DNA of 64,000 bases, taken from the NCBI GenBank assembly GCA_002368575.1, contig DFEA01000040.1:1300-65299 (forward strand), given 5' to 3'. Source of the stretch: Lachnospiraceae bacterium UBA3814 (GTDB lineage: Bacteria; Bacillota; Clostridia; Lachnospirales; Lachnospiraceae). Below the pieces are notes generated by a model, which worked only from the letters and a program-made list of their open reading frames with translations, had not been told where the DNA came from and searched no databases. The position numbers were made by a program, and so were the translations under genes. Every line of letters starts with the position of its first letter. Position 1 is the first letter of the stretch. Below are positions 54,362 to 61,902 of the stretch, piece by piece.

Positions 54362-56659
54362 TCAGGACTGTATATCAAGCTCCCTGACAAGCTTTTTTGC
54401 CTGTGAGACATTGTTTTTCCTTTTAAGAACAAACGCTCTGGCCCGCTCTCCCTTTTCCTTAAGCTCCTCCCCGTCCTTATTCAGGATCTTCTTAAGGGCC
54501 GCGGCCATCCCCCGCGGACCTTCTTCTTCCGTAAGATACACCTTGTCATAATATTCCCCAGGCATTCCCGGAAGACGCGTCATAAGCACCGGCCTGCCCG
54601 AAACCATATATTCCATGGTCTTTGACGGAAACGAGTAGCTGGTATAATCATCTCCCGACGGCCTCGGATTTACTAAAAGGAAAGCCTCTCTCTGGGCTTT
54701 CAGCGCTTCCTGCTCCATCACATTGCCATGGTAGATGATCTCAGGATGGGTTAAGGATATTTCCTCAAGCACCTCTTTCATGTCTCCGTCTCCGTAGATA
54801 TGAAGTGAAGCGTCCTTGATCCCCGCTTCGATAAAACCGTCTACAAGGTCCTTTATCCCATACCTTTCATGTATCGAGCCCGTATAGACCACCTTCTTTT
54901 CCCTGATAACTGAAGGCACTCCGCGGGACCGCTCCCTTATGTCTGCAAGCCCCTCTATAACGGTATAGGGACGATGACCTGGGTTTATCCTGCTGTTCAT
55001 CTGAGCCGTAAGAAAGATATATTTATCCGCCTGTCTCAGCAGAAGGCTGCTGACGGCCGAGTAGATCCTGTCGTGTGAGGTGTATACAAATTCCGGAAGG
55101 TCGGTCACCACCGCTATATACTGTTTACCGCTTACACGCGATGCAAGAAAGCTTCCGAGCGCCGCCGGGGCATTCAGGATATCCGCGATAAAAAAGGTCT
55201 TATTATCCGATCCCTTCGCAAGCCTCAGACACCTGAAAAAGCTGGAAAAAACCGCGCTTATGTCCTTTATTCCGTGTTTATTGACAAGCGGGAGATAATT
55301 GTAGATCACTCCGCCCGAAAGCTCCGCCCTCCCCTTAAAGAAAAGCCTGTTATAATTATCCTCTGTAACAGGAAGCTCGCTTACGGCGTATACCTTTATT
55401 CCGGGGAGCGCCGCAAGCCCCTCGGCAAGAAGCCTGTTATATTTCTGCACCGCCTGTCCGGGTTTTTTTCCGGCGTTCTTAAAGAGCTCCGAAAAGCATC
55501 TTTTCGAGCACATAAAGGACGAATATATTATGGTCCTTTCCCCCGGCTCCTCACAAAGGCAGCTGTCCAGAGCCTCAATGAAGCCTGAGGCTGTATTTTC
55601 AAAGCTGTATTCCGCAGATTTCTTTTTCCCGGCAGCCCCCATTTCCCTGCGCTTGCCGGGATCATCCATAAGCTCTGCAATTACAGCCGCAAAACCCTCC
55701 TTATCATAAGGGTCTGTGATACGGCCCGTTTTTCCATCCTCAACAAGATCATAGGAGCCATCGGCATATTTTGAAGTGATGACCGGAAGCGCACAGCACA
55801 TGGCCTCAAGGGTCACAAGCCCGAAGCAGTCCTCCCTGGTGGGCAGGATGAACAGTGAGCTCTTTTCATACAGCTCTGTCAAAGCCGCTTCATCCACAAA
55901 GCCCCTGAAGGTGACACGGTCCTCAAGCTTAAGCTCCCTGCAGAGCGCCTTAAGCTCTTCCTCATCGGGACCCTTTCCGACGACCTCCAGCTTAAAGCTT
56001 CTGTCTTTTATTAATGAAAGCGCATCAAGGAGCAGATCAAGCCCCTTGCGTTTTATCAGGCTTCCGACAAACAAAAGAGGGCCGTCCTCACGGTATTCCT
56101 TTCCCGAGCCCTCATATCTGCTTATGTCTACCGCAAGCTCACTTATATGGATCCTTCCTTCATCTGCCCCCAGATATATCTGATTCTCCTTTGTCCTTGT
56201 GGAGCTTGCGATAAATGCCCTGGAGCCTTTTATGATATATTTTCTGGAGAGCTTCTGCAGTAAGCCTATGCTGCGCTCCGAAAACCTTGTTCCGTCAGAC
56301 CAGGAAATATACGGTACCCCGTTTGCCCGGCACCAGCTTCCTGCAAGGATCGAGGTGTAATTATACTCAGAGGATACAACCACGTCGGGATCTATCGCTG
56401 AAAGCTCCTTTCCTATGCCGTATGAAAGGATCACCTCGTGAACATCCATGCTGTTCTTCAGACAAAAGACCTTTGATCTGAGAAAGACGGCGTTCGAAAG
56501 CTTCTTCTCGTCTGCCCTCCAGGCTCTCTGGGTCTTCTCGTTCCCCGCCGAAAAAATGATATATATGTCATATCGATGGGAATAATGCTTCTGAAGGAAG
56601 CTGAAAAAATCCACTCTGTAGGGAGCAGGCTGGTTTGTTATAATTGCTATCCTTTTCAT
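54362..56659 (-). CDS. Fused double GT4-type glycosyltransferase (two GT-B modules, 765 aa)
   Basis: Module 1 ends with EDCFGLVTLEAMCCALPVITS. Module 2 has SYSFPSKTMEYMVSGRPVLMT. Confidence 0.7.
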   Translation of the reverse strand: MKRIAIITNQPAPYRVDFFSFLQKHYSHRYDIYIIFSAGNEKTQRAWRADEKKLSNAVFLRSKVFCLKNSMDVHEVILSYGIGKELSAIDPDVVVSSEYNYTSILAGSWCRANGVPYISWSDGTRFSERSIGLLQKLSRKYIIKGSRAFIASSTRTKENQIYLGADEGRIHISELAVDISRYEGSGKEYREDGPLLFVGSLIKRKGLDLLLDALSLIKDRSFKLEVVGKGPDEEELKALCRELKLEDRVTFRGFVDEAALTELYEKSSLFILPTREDCFGLVTLEAMCCALPVITSKYADGSYDLVEDGKTGRITDPYDKEGFAAVIAELMDDPGKRREMGAAGKKKSAEYSFENTASGFIEALDSCLCEEPGERTIIYSSFMCSKRCFSELFKNAGKKPGQAVQKYNRLLAEGLAALPGIKVYAVSELPVTEDNYNRLFFKGRAELSGGVIYNYLPLVNKHGIKDISAVFSSFFRCLRLAKGSDNKTFFIADILNAPAALGSFLASRVSGKQYIAVVTDLPEFVYTSHDRIYSAVSSLLLRQADKYIFLTAQMNSRINPGHRPYTVIEGLADIRERSRGVPSVIREKKVVYTGSIHERYGIKDLVDGFIEAGIKDASLHIYGDGDMKEVLEEISLTHPEIIYHGNVMEQEALKAQREAFLLVNPRPSGDDYTSYSFPSKTMEYMVSGRPVLMTRLPGMPGEYYDKVYLTEEEGPRGMAAALKKILNKDGEELKEKGERARAFVLKRKNNVSQAKKLVRELDIQS

Positions 56660-56662
56660 GAT

Positions 56663-57118
56663 CTATTCCACATTGGTGGAATGAAACAGATACTTAAGCT
56701 TTTTAAGCACCGCATAAAAAACTCCGTTATCCACCGCTTCCCTCCACATTGATGCCTTGGAGCGGCCTCCCAGCACATATTTGCTTAAGACACCCTTAAG
56801 GACATCTATGTCCTTAAGGTGAGCCTTTTCAACCGCTTTAAGCTCGTCCTCGGCAGTCTTTATCCGGTACCTGGTATAGACATATGGGTAATTTCTGTCC
56901 ACAAGTGCGGTCTTGCCCGCGGTTTTTACAAAATCCAGGAGATTGGAGTCAAAGACCGGGATCTGTATAAGCTTGTATTCCCCGTTTCCGTCGTAAAAAT
57001 GCGATACCGACTTGCCCTGGGTCTTTTCAAACCATGGGATGAACCTTACAAGGGCATCCACGTCCCTCATATACTGCTTTCTTATCTTTTCGCTTGTTTT
57101 TTCTTCCTGTCCGTACAT
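56663..57118 (-). CDS. Hypothetical soluble protein (~151 aa)
   Basis: Open frame tightly packed (3-nt gap) ahead of the double GT4 gene. No motif recognised. The start is uncertain (57118 or 57166). Confidence 0.4.
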   Translation of the reverse strand: MYGQEEKTSEKIRKQYMRDVDALVRFIPWFEKTQGKSVSHFYDGNGEYKLIQIPVFDSNLLDFVKTAGKTALVDRNYPYVYTRYRIKTAEDELKAVEKAHLKDIDVLKGVLSKYVLGGRSKASMWREAVDNGVFYAVLKKLKYLFHSTNVE

Positions 57119-57222
57119 TTCATATACCTTTTCAAAACCTGACCAATACAGTATAACAGATACCACTCCGTTTTTCCACTATATATACGCCCCATATTGC
57201 CCCCGACCACATTATACTGCGC

Positions 57223-58836
57223 TTAATGATCATTAAGCACATACAGGCAGCCCGCGGAATTGAAATAGAGGCAGTGATATTTTTTTATCATCATCTCGCA
57301 GATATCAGGCAGATAATCGTTAAGGGTCTCGCTCACTATAAGCCACTTAGGAGGCGTTTTGTCAAAATATTCCATTATCTCATCCTGAATGGCGGGATTC
57401 AGGGCGATAAAGAACTGAAGGTTTATCTGGTATTTATAACAGGGCATTATCTGAGTCGCCTCAAAAAAGGTCATGTCTATGTCGAAGGAAAAAACACTGT
57501 CCCGCTCCGACTCGGGAATGAGAAGAGCTATGTTTTGTGCATTCTGGTAGTATTCCTCATAATACTGGTTCCCTCTTTCATACAGAAAGGTCTGGACTGT
57601 CTCCATTGTATGACCGCCGAAATAGAATATATATATCCCGAGCGTTATAAGACAGACCGCCTGACGGACAGAGGAAAAGAGCACCAGGGGATCATACATG
57701 CCAAGCAGCAGCACAGTGGAAAGGACCAGGATCGGTTCAGCGGTCATAAAATAATAGATCCACGGGTTTCCGAGATGAAGCAGTATATATGTAAACAGTG
57801 ACATGAAGATCAGGATGAGGCAGAGCTCCGTCCTGATCGTCGGGACATTATTCCCTGTATATTTACGCCTTATAAATCTCCCAAGCCTTCTAAGGGCGTA
57901 TTTTACCGAATATTCCGGCGCGGCCTTTATCGACTCCGCAGTTTCCGTACAGGGAGAAGCCTTGACCTCCTTTACCGGAATATGAAATACCGCGGTAAAA
58001 AAGCCCAGATAGCAGGCAGTCAGCTTGAGCTCCCATTTTGCGGAAAACGGATCGGAAAAATCAATGGAGCGCTTAAAGGCAAATTCAAATACGCAGTACA
58101 GCATCGTACTGAGCGAATCGTTCAGGTAAAAATACAAAAGGACCGGAATATCGGCGATGAGCACTCCGAGAACAAAATACAGGATATAAAGCAAAAGCTC
58201 TCTGTACCGTCTTAAAGCAAGCAGAGCTATGCCCGTTCCCGCACATACGCCCATTACCGGAGCAGCTACCGTTATCTTTGCAAAAAGCATTATGCCAAAG
58301 CATATCCCGTTTACAAGAGGAATGTAAAAGGGGATGCCGTCGGTCCTTATGGAGGCTGTTTTCAGGAATCTCACCGTCAGGTAGACTGTCAGCAGATTTA
58401 AGGGAAGCATGAACTCCTCCAGGGTGTTGCCTCCCCAGAGTATCGAAATATGACCGAAAAGAAAGATCAGGAGGACAGCTGCGGTCTTCCCCCTTGAAAG
58501 ATACAGCCTTGACAGCTTCACGATCAGGATGAGTGAAGCCCACAAAAACGGGATCTGGAGAAGGTAGACACCGAGCCGGTCCCTGTGTATGAGCTGCCCC
58601 AGCGCTTCTATAAGGAAAAACCAGGGCCCCTTCAGGTCAAAAAAATCCCGGTAGGGAACCATCCCCTCGGTTATCCCCCTGCCGACCATTGAAAAAAAAC
58701 TGGCGTCACAGCCGTACCAGTGCTTATAGAATGGACTTGTCCAAAGCGAAAAGATAAGAAGAAATAACGCGGCAACAACCAGAAGCAGCGCATACCGAAG
58801 CACCGCTGCCGCCTTAGCGTGATCCTTAAGCCTCAT
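57223..58836 (-). CDS. GT-C-like polytopic membrane glycosyltransferase (ArnT/PMT_2-like)
   Basis: About 12 TM helices. The first loop motif GCDASFFSMVGRGITEGMVPYRDFFDLKGPWFF resembles the D-x..PY.D.-KPP loop of the GT39/GT83-like family. Confidence 0.5.
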   Translation of the reverse strand: MRLKDHAKAAAVLRYALLLVVAALFLLIFSLWTSPFYKHWYGCDASFFSMVGRGITEGMVPYRDFFDLKGPWFFLIEALGQLIHRDRLGVYLLQIPFLWASLILIVKLSRLYLSRGKTAAVLLIFLFGHISILWGGNTLEEFMLPLNLLTVYLTVRFLKTASIRTDGIPFYIPLVNGICFGIMLFAKITVAAPVMGVCAGTGIALLALRRYRELLLYILYFVLGVLIADIPVLLYFYLNDSLSTMLYCVFEFAFKRSIDFSDPFSAKWELKLTACYLGFFTAVFHIPVKEVKASPCTETAESIKAAPEYSVKYALRRLGRFIRRKYTGNNVPTIRTELCLILIFMSLFTYILLHLGNPWIYYFMTAEPILVLSTVLLLGMYDPLVLFSSVRQAVCLITLGIYIFYFGGHTMETVQTFLYERGNQYYEEYYQNAQNIALLIPESERDSVFSFDIDMTFFEATQIMPCYKYQINLQFFIALNPAIQDEIMEYFDKTPPKWLIVSETLNDYLPDICEMMIKKYHCLYFNSAGCLYVLNDH

Positions 58837-58850
58837 TTATATACTCCGCT

Positions 58851-58938
58851 TCTGCGCCGATTTCCAAAGGAAATCGTGCGCTTGGGAACGAACTTCAGTT
58901 CGTTCCGATCCGTTCGGTTTACCGAACGGATCATTTCC
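58851..58938. repeat. Three-hairpin intercistronic element, copy B (H1 58851-58881, H2 58885-58906, H3 58907-58932, tail ATTTCC)
   Basis: Same order, spacing and flanks as 1903-1987. Lies between the tagH-like stop and the SD of the GT-C-like gene. Confidence 0.7.
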
Positions 58939-58954
58939 GATGATAACTGTATAT

Positions 58955-60301
58955 TTATTCCTCCCCCATTCTGACCACCACTATGGAATCCATATCATAG
59001 AAGCCCGTAGTGTTCTTATCAGAGATCACCGTCAGGTTGAATACATCATACAGCCTGTGGTAGACGGTAAAATTCCCGTCCCTGTAGCCGACGCAGCCCA
59101 GCGATATAAGATATTCCCCACCCTGAAGGCTCATCTTCTGGGTGAAGGTGGCGGTCATAACATCCCCCGCCTTAGGAGTTCCGGTGGTAAGCTTTTCAAA
59201 CATGGTATTGGTGCCTGTTATCTCGGTCCCCTGCATATTTTTAAAGGACACCGCAAAGATCGGATCCTGTATAGTATCGAAAAAACGTATCTTAAGCTTT
59301 ACGGTAAACTCTTCACCCTTGATTATGGTGTTTGTGATCTCCCCGGTCTTATCGTAGGCGCAGTAGTCCTCGAATTCCGCAAGGCCGCTTCCGTACTCAT
59401 CCTTATTGGGGTTGAGCTCCATCCTGTCCTTCCAGCGGTCTCCCGCGCCTTTGGCAAGCCTTTCGCTCTTATGGGTATCCATCTGCCTGTCGAGCTGGCC
59501 CACAAGGACCTTTTTATACATGTCGATTATCTCTTTGGGCTCTCCCTCGCCTATCTTCCTTCCCTTCTCCAGAAGCACGACACGGTCACAGTACTTGCTT
59601 ATGCTGGAAAGGTCATGGCTCACGAAAAGAATGGTCTTTCCCTGCTTTTTGAAATCCTCAAACTTACGATAGCATTTATTCTGGAAGAACACGTCGCCTA
59701 CCGAAAGGGCCTCGTCTACGATCAAAATCTCCGGGTCTATATTAATGGCTACCGCAAACGCAAGCCGTACAAACATACCGCTTGAATAGGTCTTTACCTT
59801 CTGATTGATGAAATCGCCTATATCGGCAAATTCAAGGATATCATTAAGCCTTTCGTCTATCTCCTCCTGGGAAAAGCCTATCATGGTCCCATTCAGATAT
59901 ATATTTTCAAGGCCCGTATACTCCATGTTAAAGCCTGCACCCAGCTCAAGGAGGGCGGAGATCCTTCCGTTTATGATCACGTCTCCCCTGGTGGGATTAA
60001 GAACACCTGTTATTATTTTCAGGATGGTGGACTTTCCCGAGCCGTTGGTGCCTATGATCCCCACGGTCTCACCGGTATAAACATTCATGCTGACATCGTT
60101 TAAGGCATAATGCTCCTTATAGTTGATGTTTTTGCTTAAATGCAGAGCCTCCTTGATGCGGTCTCTGTTCCGGGCATAAAGCTTGTATATCTTGGTGAGG
60201 TTTCTGATCTCTATGGCGGGTATCCGGTCCTCCGAACGGGTCACCGCCTTATTCGGTTTTGTGTTTTCATTCATGGACATATTTGTTTGCATGGTATTCA
60301 T
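58955..60301 (-). CDS. tagH: Polysaccharide/teichoic-acid export ABC ATPase (TagH/Wzt type) with a ~200-aa C-terminal extension
   Basis: GIIGTNGSGKSTILK, YSSGMFVRLAFAVA, ILIVDEALSVGD. The C-terminal beta-rich domain is in the position of the Wzt carbohydrate-binding domain. Confidence 0.8.
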   Translation of the reverse strand: MNTMQTNMSMNENTKPNKAVTRSEDRIPAIEIRNLTKIYKLYARNRDRIKEALHLSKNINYKEHYALNDVSMNVYTGETVGIIGTNGSGKSTILKIITGVLNPTRGDVIINGRISALLELGAGFNMEYTGLENIYLNGTMIGFSQEEIDERLNDILEFADIGDFINQKVKTYSSGMFVRLAFAVAINIDPEILIVDEALSVGDVFFQNKCYRKFEDFKKQGKTILFVSHDLSSISKYCDRVVLLEKGRKIGEGEPKEIIDMYKKVLVGQLDRQMDTHKSERLAKGAGDRWKDRMELNPNKDEYGSGLAEFEDYCAYDKTGEITNTIIKGEEFTVKLKIRFFDTIQDPIFAVSFKNMQGTEITGTNTMFEKLTTGTPKAGDVMTATFTQKMSLQGGEYLISLGCVGYRDGNFTVYHRLYDVFNLTVISDKNTTGFYDMDSIVVVRMGEE

Positions 60302-60331
60302 ACCCGATAACGTAAGCAGCTTCCGGTGCCG

Positions 60332-61186
60332 CTACAGGACATCGGCGAAGTGTACCTTAAGCCTTCTGAAGATATGTGCCCCAAAGATAAATATTATTAT
60401 GGTCAGCAGCCAGAAATATGCCGTCAGCCCCGGACTTTCAAAAAACCACTTCTTGTCTATCAGCGACTGCCTGTAGCCCTGTACGATGTAGAACATCGGA
60501 TTCAGCTTGAATACCCAGTGCCACCTCGGATTCAGGGTGTCTATGTTCCAGAGAATGGGAGTGGCCCAGATCCCAACCTGAAGGACTATATTTATTATCT
60601 GCCCCAGATCCCTGAAAAAGACCATCACCGAGCAGGTAACATAGCTCACTCCCAGGACCAGGACAAACATGCAGAAGGAATAATATATGATCTGCAGGGT
60701 ATAGACATCCGGAAAAAGCCCGTAGCAGGAATAAAGTATCAGGACAAAGACCACAAAAAAGGCATGTACAAAAAGTGCGGATACGATCTTTATGATGGGG
60801 AGGATACTGATCTTAAAAACCACCTTTTTTACAAGGAAATTGTACTCAAGAAGCGCACCGGCACCGCTCCCCAGAGCCTCCGAAAAGAAAAACCAGGGAA
60901 CTATACCGGCAATGAGCCACAGAATATACGGTATCTCAATACCGCCCCTCACAGCCGCGGCTCTCTGCGGAAGAGCCACCGCAAAGACGAACCAGTACAG
61001 CACTATGGTGATGACGGGCTGTACAAAGGCCCAGAAAATGCCGAGGTAAGATCCCGCAAACCTTGTTTTGAAATCATTCCGGGCAAGCTTCCATATGAGA
61101 CTTCGATTCTGCCACAGCTCCTCCGGGAGGGAGGCAGCCTTTAAAATAAAGGCCCCGAGGCTCCTTTTATCAGACGTATTTACCAT
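60332..61186 (-). CDS. tagG: ABC-2-type polysaccharide/teichoic-acid export permease (TagG/Wzm type)
   Basis: Six-TM ABC-2 pattern, immediately upstream of the TagH-like ATPase. Confidence 0.75.
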   Translation of the reverse strand: MVNTSDKRSLGAFILKAASLPEELWQNRSLIWKLARNDFKTRFAGSYLGIFWAFVQPVITIVLYWFVFAVALPQRAAAVRGGIEIPYILWLIAGIVPWFFFSEALGSGAGALLEYNFLVKKVVFKISILPIIKIVSALFVHAFFVVFVLILYSCYGLFPDVYTLQIIYYSFCMFVLVLGVSYVTCSVMVFFRDLGQIINIVLQVGIWATPILWNIDTLNPRWHWVFKLNPMFYIVQGYRQSLIDKKWFFESPGLTAYFWLLTIIIFIFGAHIFRRLKVHFADVL

Positions 61187-61257
61187 ATATCAGACAGATC
61201 CCTGTATTTTTGTTTCGTAAGCGTTCAGCGCCCTGCGCCGGACAGTTGTTTACCTTA

Positions 61258-61818
61258 TCAAGTATATATCGTTTCCCTGAGAGAAAGCCACCCCGTATCC
61301 TTATCGGATATTATGAGCTGTGCTCCCTCAAGCGCGTCAAAGGGCCAGTCGATCTTTATATCAGAATCGTCGTACTGTATCCCGCCTTCATCCTCAGGAT
61401 GATAAAAATCGGTGCACTTATATTCAAATTCGGCATATTCGGACAGCACAAGAAAGCCATGGGCAAAGCACTTCGGGATAAAGAACTGCTTCTTGTTTTC
61501 CTCCGAGAGCCTTACACCGAACCATTGTCCGAAGGTTTTTGAGCCGCTCCTTATATCCACCGCGACATCAAAGACCTCGCCTCTTATGCATCTGACCAGC
61601 TTATCCTGAGGATACTTCTTCTGATAATGAAGTCCCCTGAGCACGCCCCTTCTTGAGGCTGACTGATTGTCCTGCACAAATACCTGGTCTATGCCCGCCT
61701 TTTTATAATCATTGTAATTATAGGTCTCAAGAAAGAACCCCCGCTTGTCTCCGAAAACGGTCGGTGTGATAACCTTAAGGCCCTCAATTTTACACTCTTC
61801 TACTATTATCTTTCCCAT
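61258..61818 (-). CDS. rfbC: dTDP-4-dehydrorhamnose 3,5-epimerase-family protein
   Basis: GLKVITPTVFGDKRGFFLETYN, ..QDNQS.S..GVLRGLHYQ and ..AHGF.. are RmlC cupin signatures. Confidence 0.85.
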   Translation of the reverse strand: MGKIIVEECKIEGLKVITPTVFGDKRGFFLETYNYNDYKKAGIDQVFVQDNQSASRRGVLRGLHYQKKYPQDKLVRCIRGEVFDVAVDIRSGSKTFGQWFGVRLSEENKKQFFIPKCFAHGFLVLSEYAEFEYKCTDFYHPEDEGGIQYDDSDIKIDWPFDALEGAQLIISDKDTGWLSLRETIYT

Positions 61819-61831
61819 GTTTTGTCTCCCG

Positions 61832-61874
61832 GGGACGGGTACGAGCCGCGGTTAGCGAAGCTCGTACCTGTCCC
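61832..61874. other. 15-bp-stem hairpin between the GH25 stop and the rfbC SD
   Basis: GGGACGGGTACGAGC-N13-GCTCGTACCTGTCCC (one mismatch). No following U-tract on either strand. It shares GCGGCTCGTA[AC]C with the 49855-49981 element. Confidence 0.45.
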
Positions 61875-61902
61875 GCCAATAAGGCCGGTCTTCCCAGCCC
61901 TG

